DNA from: Candidatus Omnitrophica bacterium UBA6215
GTDB taxonomy: Bacteria > Omnitrophota > Gorgyraeia > Pluralincolimonadales > Pluralincolimonadaceae
Direction of reading: 5' to 3'
DNA: 64,000 bases
NCBI GenBank assembly: GCA_002421665.1
Contig: DISH01000006.1
Location: 84,879 to 148,878 of the forward strand
Part shown: piece by piece, positions 57,996 through 64,000 of the stretch
Position numbering within the stretch: the first letter of the stretch is position 1
How the letters are laid out: the number at the start of each line of letters is the position of its first letter
The notes under the pieces: generated by a model
Seen by the model: only the letters and a program-made list of their open reading frames with translations
The model's database searches: none
Told to the model about the DNA's origin: nothing
Program-made: the position numbers and the translations under genes

Positions 57996-58391
57996 CTATT
58001 TCCTGGTAATAATGAACACCGTCAAAAGCACTATCAGGATAAAGACGAGGATATAGAAATCGTTCAGATAAACAAAATCCCTGACTTTATCGAAAAGCGA
58101 ATACCTTTGCCTGCTTTCGGGCTCACTCGTCGGGGAGAGATGGTAGATGGGGACGGACTGGTGTTTTAGCACCTTAAGGCGGCTCTTAAGGGCCGCGACC
58201 TGCCCCTTCCTGAGCCTTACGAACTCCCCTCCTATCCTGTAGGCCGGGATCTTGCCTTCGGCCACAAAAGACTTTACATCTTCCTCGTCCAACTCGAGTA
58301 TGCTTGCAGCTTCCTCGATGGTTATAAGCCTTTCGCGGTCGCTTTTCCCGTCCGGAGCTCTATTTAATTCTCTCCGAGCTGATCCATTCAT
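57996..58391 (-). CDS. Membrane-anchored HTH (excisionase/MerR-type HTH_17-like) DNA-binding protein
   Basis: It has LITIEEAASILELDEEDVKSFVAEGKIPAYRIGGEFVRL (helix-turn-helix) and a C-terminal TM helix FYILVFILIVLLTVFII. Confidence 0.5.
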   Translation of the reverse strand: MNGSARRELNRAPDGKSDRERLITIEEAASILELDEEDVKSFVAEGKIPAYRIGGEFVRLRKGQVAALKSRLKVLKHQSVPIYHLSPTSEPESRQRYSLFDKVRDFVYLNDFYILVFILIVLLTVFIITRK

Positions 58392-58899
58392 CTATTTTCG
58401 CTTTGTCAAAATGAAGTTTATCGCCTTCCCTGATAGACGGAAGTTTTCCGTTAGACGCCCAATCCGACACGACGGAGACATCCACTTCCAGATACCTGGC
58501 GACCTCATCCGTATCCATCAACTGCGCTCCGGATTGGGAAACGCTCTTTATCCCGGAAGTCATCTGGCAGTTCCCGTTCAAGACGGAACCCTTGCCCACC
58601 TCAAGGAGGGGAGTGCGTATATTGCCGTCCACCCTGGCTGGTGAAATAAGCTTCAGGGATTTCTTCGCGATCACTTCGCCCGTTACCCGGCCGGCTATCG
58701 TGATCTCGTCACCGGTTATATTGGCATTGACGAAAGCCTTCTCTCCTATGGTCAAAGTCCCCTTCGTGTCCAGGGTACCTTCGAACCTGCCGTTTATCTG
58801 CAGGTTCACGGGGTCTTTGAACGACATGGTGCCTTGCATGCTGGCGTCTACGTCCAATACCTTCTCTTCCACCTTCTTGTTCTTGCCTATCATCGCCAA
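58360..58899 (-). CDS. Bactofilin fused to a C-terminal HTH_17-like DNA-binding domain
   Basis: It has the bactofilin beta-helical repeats ...DGNIRTPLLEVGKGSVLNGNCQMT (cf. BacM ...GNIHTPRLTIEEGAVFNGNIRM). The C-terminus reads DTDEVARYLEVDVSVVSDWASNGKLPSIREGDKLHF. Confidence 0.65.
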   Translation of the reverse strand: MAMIGKNKKVEEKVLDVDASMQGTMSFKDPVNLQINGRFEGTLDTKGTLTIGEKAFVNANITGDEITIAGRVTGEVIAKKSLKLISPARVDGNIRTPLLEVGKGSVLNGNCQMTSGIKSVSQSGAQLMDTDEVARYLEVDVSVVSDWASNGKLPSIREGDKLHFDKAKIDEWISSERIK

Positions 58900-58929
58900 G
58901 CACCCCCCTTTCCGTTATCGGATATCTTT

Positions 58930-59610
58930 TTAGATATCCGACATTACCTTCCAGTCCGCCCTTGCCACGCCCTTGAGTTGGCGTATCTTGGAGATTATCT
59001 CATTATCATATTCGTTGCTTAAAAGCTTGAGGTTTATCCTTAGGACCATCCCCTCGCAACCCTGTATCCTTTTGGCGTCAAAATCCTTTATCTCAATATC
59101 ATATTCCGAAAGTACGTCGCGTATCTCCTCTAACCTGACAACCCCGCCCGGGACCTCTATCTCGAGCGATTTATACCAATCCTTGCGTATCATTATCTTT
59201 TCCACCCTGTTGAGGAAAAAGAGAGTGGCAAGCACTATGGCTGTAGCGGCGGCCGCAGGAGCAAAAACCCCGGCGCCGACTGCAAGGCCTATACCTGCCA
59301 CGGTCCAAAGGCTTGCGGCGGTCGTAAGCCCTCTTACCGATGCCTTGAACCTGATTATGGTACCGGCACCCAGAAAACCTATGCCGCTTACTACCTGCGC
59401 GGCTATCCGGCCAGGATCGGGGGTAGAAAGCCCCCTGTATATATCGAATATATGCATGGATGTCAGCATTATAAGGGTAGAACCCACGCCTACGAGTATA
59501 TGGGTCCTGAAACCCGCAAGCCTCCCGTGTATCTCGCGCTCATATCCCACCAACCCGCTCAGAAAAGCGGCAAGACATAACCGTATGATCATCTCGTAAT
59601 CGGAAAGCAT
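58930..59610 (-). CDS. mgtC: MgtC/SapB family membrane protein
   Basis: It has the MgtC N-terminal TM domain IIRLCLAAFLSGLVGYEREIHGRLAGFRTHILV and a C-terminal ACT-like domain. Confidence 0.8.
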   Translation of the reverse strand: MLSDYEMIIRLCLAAFLSGLVGYEREIHGRLAGFRTHILVGVGSTLIMLTSMHIFDIYRGLSTPDPGRIAAQVVSGIGFLGAGTIIRFKASVRGLTTAASLWTVAGIGLAVGAGVFAPAAAATAIVLATLFFLNRVEKIMIRKDWYKSLEIEVPGGVVRLEEIRDVLSEYDIEIKDFDAKRIQGCEGMVLRINLKLLSNEYDNEIISKIRQLKGVARADWKVMSDI

Positions 59611-59630
59611 AGCCTCTTCTCCTGTCCTGT

Positions 59631-60626
59631 TCAGACGGCCAGGTCCGGACGGACCTTTAGGTCCATAACGGACTTTATCCTCTTCATGTATAACATGTAT
59701 CCGGCCGCCGCGATCATCGCGCCGTTGTCCAGTGAAAGCTTCATCTCCGGGAACACAACGTCTATACCGCTCTCTTCACCTGCCTCGGAAAGCCTTGAGC
59801 GCAAAAGCCTGTTGGCGCTGACCCCCCCGCCCGCTATAAGCACATCCGCCTTTTCCTTCAGGCAGGCATATACAGCCCTCTCAACCACATACTCAACGGC
59901 TATCCTCTGGAAACTTGCGGCGATATCCGATATCTCTTTGACCCCGGGCTTGCGGCCTTTCGTATGATATAATACCGCCGTTTTTAGCCCGCTGAAACTG
60001 AAATCGTATGAATCTTCTCCGAGAAACGGGACCTTAAACTTAACCGAACGGGGATCCCCGTTCACGGCAGCCTTCTCTATTGCGGGACCTCCCGGATACC
60101 CTAAACCCAGGACTTTTGCAACTTTGTCGAAAGCTTCCCCGATGGCGTCATCCCTTGTCTGCCCCAAAAGCTTGAAGCTCCCCACGCCCCCGCACAAGAC
60201 CAATCCGGTATGGCCTCCGGATATAACAAGCCCCATAAAAGGGAACTTTATGTCAGGGCGGCTTACGAGCCCGGAATACAAATGGGCCCACAGGTGGTTG
60301 ACCCCTATTACCGGGACGTTAAGGGAATGGCCGAGCGCCTTGGCAAAAGAAACACCTACAAGCAAGGCTCCTACCAGGCCGGGACCCTTTGTAACCGCTA
60401 TCATATCTACATCGCGAGGGCGGATACCGGCGGTATCGAGCGCGTCCCTTACAACATAATCTATCACTTCCACGTGGTAACGGGTAGCTATCTCAGGGAC
60501 CACTCCGCCATATTTCTTATGGAACTCCAGGGACGAGGCAACTGTATTGGATAATATCCGCCTTCCGTCCTTTACTACACTGGCACCGGTCTCGTCACAC
60601 GATGTCTCGATACCTAATACAAGCAT
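59631..60626 (-). CDS. tsaD: tRNA N6-adenosine threonylcarbamoyltransferase
   Basis: It has MLVLGIETSCDETGASVV and the Kae1/TsaD metal-binding HxxH region. Confidence 0.9.
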   Translation of the reverse strand: MLVLGIETSCDETGASVVKDGRRILSNTVASSLEFHKKYGGVVPEIATRYHVEVIDYVVRDALDTAGIRPRDVDMIAVTKGPGLVGALLVGVSFAKALGHSLNVPVIGVNHLWAHLYSGLVSRPDIKFPFMGLVISGGHTGLVLCGGVGSFKLLGQTRDDAIGEAFDKVAKVLGLGYPGGPAIEKAAVNGDPRSVKFKVPFLGEDSYDFSFSGLKTAVLYHTKGRKPGVKEISDIAASFQRIAVEYVVERAVYACLKEKADVLIAGGGVSANRLLRSRLSEAGEESGIDVVFPEMKLSLDNGAMIAAAGYMLYMKRIKSVMDLKVRPDLAV

Positions 60627-60629
60627 GGA

Positions 60630-61763
60630 TTATTCCGCCAACTCCGAAACGGGCACGGCCTCCACGCCTCTTGCCTTGAGGGTAGGCATCAATTGCCCGA
60701 GCACGGTAATGGTATTGGGCCTGTCATGGCCTATAGCCACAGCGCTGCCGTTCCTAATGGCTGCGCTGACGGCTTTCTCGAACTGGGCCCTTATATAATT
60801 CTCATTACTTTCATTATCAAGGAATATCGACCTCTTCGCGAACCTTACGCCTATCTTTTTGGCAATGTATTCCCCGGTAGAATCATTGGTTACAAGACTG
60901 TCCAGAAAGAACATGTCCCTCTTCTTCAGCTCTTCCAGGAAGACGCCCATAAGCCGCGGGTCTTCCGTGGCCTTGGAGCCCTCGTGGTTGTTAGCTCCGA
61001 CGGCATACGGGACACTGGCCAAAGCTTTATTGAAAGTCGCCCTTATCTGATCGTCACTCATGGTAGTAAGCAGCGTAAGGGTCTCAAGCCTCATCTTGGC
61101 TTTCGGTTCCATGGGCATATGCACGATGATCTCGAACCCTTTCTCCTTGGCCTTCCGCGCAATCTCGGCCGAATAAGGAAGGGAAGGCAATATCGAAAGG
61201 GTAACGGGTTCATTTATCTTCATCAGACCCTGCAGGTTCCTTGCACTGTAGCCCCAGTCATCCAGGACTATGGCAAGTTTAGGGAACTTCTCTTTCGGCG
61301 GAACCGCCGGCAAGACCGGGGCAACAGGAAGAGCGGCTTGGGCGGCAAGCTTGTGTATAAGGGTCAGGCGCAGCACGGGGATATCCGAATTACGTTCGGT
61401 GATTATATATGAGACTTCCTCCCTCGCCTGTTCTTTGCCTTTTACGGAAACTTCCCTTATTCCCCTGACCTCGCCTCTTATATCGAAACCATTCTTTCTC
61501 AGCGATTTCTCGAGAGAACGGCGGAAGTCGGCAAACTTGAAATCATCTTTTACCCAATAACGCCTCTCCGTATATACATGCCTGAACTTTCCGACCATGT
61601 CCCTGGAAGAGACCTTGGAGGACGCAAGTTCCTTCCCGACCACCTTATACAGCGGACGGGATTCCAAAAACCCGGATATAACACCGTAAATATACATGGC
61701 GGTTATTACGGTTGCAACAACTACCACTATATGGGACGATCTTATTTTTTTTATTTTTTTCAT
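60630..61763 (-). CDS. Divergent polysaccharide deacetylase (YibQ-like) with an N-terminal TM
   Basis: It has PKLAIVLDDWGYSARNLQGLMKINEPVTLSILP...IVHMPMEP, typical of the YibQ / Polysacc_deac_2 family. Confidence 0.7.
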   Translation of the reverse strand: MKKIKKIRSSHIVVVVATVITAMYIYGVISGFLESRPLYKVVGKELASSKVSSRDMVGKFRHVYTERRYWVKDDFKFADFRRSLEKSLRKNGFDIRGEVRGIREVSVKGKEQAREEVSYIITERNSDIPVLRLTLIHKLAAQAALPVAPVLPAVPPKEKFPKLAIVLDDWGYSARNLQGLMKINEPVTLSILPSLPYSAEIARKAKEKGFEIIVHMPMEPKAKMRLETLTLLTTMSDDQIRATFNKALASVPYAVGANNHEGSKATEDPRLMGVFLEELKKRDMFFLDSLVTNDSTGEYIAKKIGVRFAKRSIFLDNESNENYIRAQFEKAVSAAIRNGSAVAIGHDRPNTITVLGQLMPTLKARGVEAVPVSELAE

Positions 61764-63055
61764 TTTTTCGCAGCAAAGGTTTTATATATCTTCATGGTCT
61801 TTATTGCATCAATGGCGCCTTGCAGCTGGTTGTCATAATCGGCTTTCTTGGATGTCGGCGCGCCTTTCTCCTGCTCCAGTTTATCGAATACCTCATCGGG
61901 ATTTTTCTTGCCTTCAGCCTCCTGCTTATTAAGCTGTTCACGCTCTATAACAAGATCCGGGATTATGCCCTGCCCGTGTATGGAACGCCCGTTGGGGGTA
62001 TAATATTTGCTGGTGGTCAACCTTACGGCAGAACCGTCGGACAAGGGTATTACCGTCTGCACCGATCCCTTGCCGAAGCTTTTTACACCTACTATTATGG
62101 CCCTCTTCAAGTCCTGCATGGCCCCGGCCACTATTTCCGAAGCTGAAGCCGAACCCTGGTCTACTATGACAACCATAGGCATGTCCGTCCTTGGGTGCTT
62201 GTCTTTAGCCCTGAACTCCATGGCCTGTTTGCCGTCCCTTCCTTTAGTATATACTATAAGCTCGCCGGCGGGCAGGAATTTGCCTGCGACATCGGCAGCC
62301 ACATTAAGGAGCCCGCCAGGGTCATTCCTGAGGTCAAGGATAAGACTGTCTATACCCTGCTTTTCGAGGTCCGCAAGCGCCTCCTCAAGATCCTTGGCCG
62401 AACGTTCTTGAAAAACGCTAAGTTTTATGTAGCCGATCTTGTCTTCAAGCACCTTCGCTTCTTTTATGGACTTTACCTTTATGGTATCCCGCGTTATACT
62501 GAAATCGAGTATTTTGCCTTCGCCTTCTCTCAGGACCGTTATAGTAACGGAAGTCCCCGGCTTACCGCGTAATTTCTTTACCGCTTCAAGCAACGTTATA
62601 CCCCTGGTTATCTCGTTGTTTATCTTGACTATCCTGTCCTGGGACTTGACCCCTGCCTTGAATGCCGGGGTGTCCTCTATAGGAGCTATGACAGTAAGCA
62701 GGTCGTCCTTTATGGCTATCTCGATACCAATGCCCCCGAACTCACCCTCGGTCTCGACTTTCATCTCCGCATAGGTCTCGGGATCCATGAATTCACTGTA
62801 CTTATCAAGGGACTGTATCATACCCTTGAGGGCGCCATATATAAGGTCTTTAGATTTGACATTGTCTACATATTCGGAACGCACCAGGGTCAGGACATCC
62901 GAAAACAGCTCAAGCTGCTTATATATATCCTCTGGCTTATCCTGTGCCTTACCCTGGGTCTCTTCCTTAGCCTTCTCCGCCGTAGCAGAATAAACAAAAC
63001 CCGGGACGACAATAGCCGCAGCCAGCACCAGCAATAAAAATCTCTTCTTGAACAT
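61760..63055 (-). CDS. ctp: Carboxyl-terminal processing protease (S41) with a PDZ domain
   Basis: It has a signal peptide, a PDZ region, and an S41 catalytic region GSASASEIVAGAMQD...K. Confidence 0.85.
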   Translation of the reverse strand: MFKKRFLLLVLAAAIVVPGFVYSATAEKAKEETQGKAQDKPEDIYKQLELFSDVLTLVRSEYVDNVKSKDLIYGALKGMIQSLDKYSEFMDPETYAEMKVETEGEFGGIGIEIAIKDDLLTVIAPIEDTPAFKAGVKSQDRIVKINNEITRGITLLEAVKKLRGKPGTSVTITVLREGEGKILDFSITRDTIKVKSIKEAKVLEDKIGYIKLSVFQERSAKDLEEALADLEKQGIDSLILDLRNDPGGLLNVAADVAGKFLPAGELIVYTKGRDGKQAMEFRAKDKHPRTDMPMVVIVDQGSASASEIVAGAMQDLKRAIIVGVKSFGKGSVQTVIPLSDGSAVRLTTSKYYTPNGRSIHGQGIIPDLVIEREQLNKQEAEGKKNPDEVFDKLEQEKGAPTSKKADYDNQLQGAIDAIKTMKIYKTFAAKK

Positions 63056-63072
63056 CTCTTCTCCTTCCCCGT

Positions 63073-64000
63073 TTATTTTTTGCCTGCAAGCCTTTTTCTC
63101 AAAACTTCATTGACCATGGCCGGGTTTGCCTTGCCTCTGGTCTTCTTCATGACCTGCCCGACCAGGAACATCAGCGCGCTATCCTTGCCCTTCATAAAAT
63201 CCTCTACCGTCTTGGAGTTCTCTGCTATGGCCTCATCGGCGAACTTCTCGAGTTCCGAGACATCGGAGATCTGGGACAGCCCTTTTTCCGATATTATCAC
63301 GGAAGCTTCTTTCCCTGTATCGCACATCTCCGGGATTATCTCCTTCGCCATCTTTCCGCTTATCTTCCCGGAGTCTATCTCTTTAAGCAGCCCGGCCAGC
63401 GAAGCAGGTTTCATCTTAATAGCGGTTATGGACATCGCCCTGGAATTCAAATACGCCGATATATCCCCCATCATCCAGTTGGAGACCGTCTTCGGCTTAT
63501 CATAATTTTTCAGGCATTCTTCAAAATAATCGGCGTTCTCCTTCTCCTGCGTCAACACCTCGGCGTCATAATCGGGAAGACCGAGCAAATTCATGAACCT
63601 TTCCTTCCTTGCCTTGGGCAATTCTGGAAGCGAGGCCTTCTGGGCTTTTGCAACATTGCCGTCCAGAGCAAAAGGCACAAGGTCCGGTTCGGGAAAATAC
63701 CTGTAATCATGAGCCTCTTCCTTAGAGCGCATTGAAATGGTGATGTTCTTTTCGGGGTCCCAAAGCCTGGTCTCCTGGACTATCCTTTCTCCGGAATCAA
63801 GCAACCCCGACTGCCTGCCTATCTCAAATTCAAGCGCTGCCTTAACGCCCTTGAAAGAGTTCATGTTCTTGACCTCGGCCTTCGTACCCAGGCCCTTATC
63901 CCCCTTAGGCCTTAAAGATATATTGGCGTCGCAGCGTAAGCTGCCTTTTTCCATGTCGCAATCAGATACATCCAGATATTTTAACAGCAGTTTGAGGTTA
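63073..64000 (-). CDS. gatB: Asp/Glu-tRNA amidotransferase subunit B, C-terminal portion; the gene runs past the window end
   Basis: It has ...GSLRCDANISLRP...YRYFPEPDLVP and a C-terminal GatB/YqeY domain. The reading frame stays open beyond the listed Met to position 64000. Confidence 0.85.
   Translation of the reverse strand, partial: NLKLLLKYLDVSDCDMEKGSLRCDANISLRPKGDKGLGTKAEVKNMNSFKGVKAALEFEIGRQSGLLDSGERIVQETRLWDPEKNITISMRSKEEAHDYRYFPEPDLVPFALDGNVAKAQKASLPELPKARKERFMNLLGLPDYDAEVLTQEKENADYFEECLKNYDKPKTVSNWMMGDISAYLNSRAMSITAIKMKPASLAGLLKEIDSGKISGKMAKEIIPEMCDTGKEASVIISEKGLSQISDVSELEKFADEAIAENSKTVEDFMKGKDSALMFLVGQVMKKTRGKANPAMVNEVLRKRLAGKK

Noticed and set aside
484-63505. Dozens of plus-strand ORFs of 60-340 aa in the six-frame track (e.g. 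13541-14569, 17783-18673, 21372-22190, 28232-29194, 36218-37027, 43088-43771, 53114-53776, 54728-55447, 55742-56551, 56762-57607)
   Set aside because: Each lies entirely antisense to a minus-strand gene with clear family-level homology. They have low-complexity Ser/Pro/Arg-rich translations typical of antisense frames, no RBS and no recognisable domains.
1-64000. Search for CRISPR arrays, integrases, transposases and phage genes
   Set aside because: I saw no direct-repeat/spacer periodicity and no recombinase, transposase or phage structural gene signatures in any frame. The window looks like core chromosome plus one large accessory pilus-like locus.

Overview
Every supportable gene in this 64 kb window lies on the minus strand, and I found no mobile elements or CRISPR array. 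The plus-strand ORFs in the track are antisense artefacts of conserved minus-strand genes. From low to high coordinates the window contains: partial pdxJ, a truncated cdaR-like stub, cdaA, folP, ftsH, tilS, a tRNA with CAU anticodon and mnmA; nfnAB and panBE; a Wood-Ljungdahl methyl-branch block (metH core with a stand-alone reactivation-domain protein, metF, metV, folD, fchA, fhs); secreted glycoside-hydrolase-like proteins flanking rlmN; rnhB and rplS-trmD-rpsP; murA, prmC-prfA, rpmE, rho, a stand-alone GGDEF, coaE, glgA and polA. A roughly 21 kb type II secretion / type IV pilus-like cluster (37.1-58.9 kb) follows, and then mgtC, tsaD, a yibQ-like gene, ctp and partial gatB. The pilus-like cluster is the most unusual region. 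It has two tandem GspE/PilB ATPases with MshEN-type c-di-GMP motifs, GspF, three classical E5 pseudopilins, and two giant GspK-like pseudopilins of 951 and 837 aa, one carrying a PA14 domain. It also has a secreted beta-helix protein, a PilM-PilN fusion, PilO- and PilP-like proteins, a TPR protein with an STN-like C-terminus, and two tandem short secretins. Upstream of it sit a bactofilin fused to an HTH, a membrane-anchored HTH protein and a GC-rich palindrome. Gene content (NfnAB, MetFV, Fhs, giant pilus genes) suggests an uncultivated anaerobe, possibly Omnitrophota-like; that is inference only.
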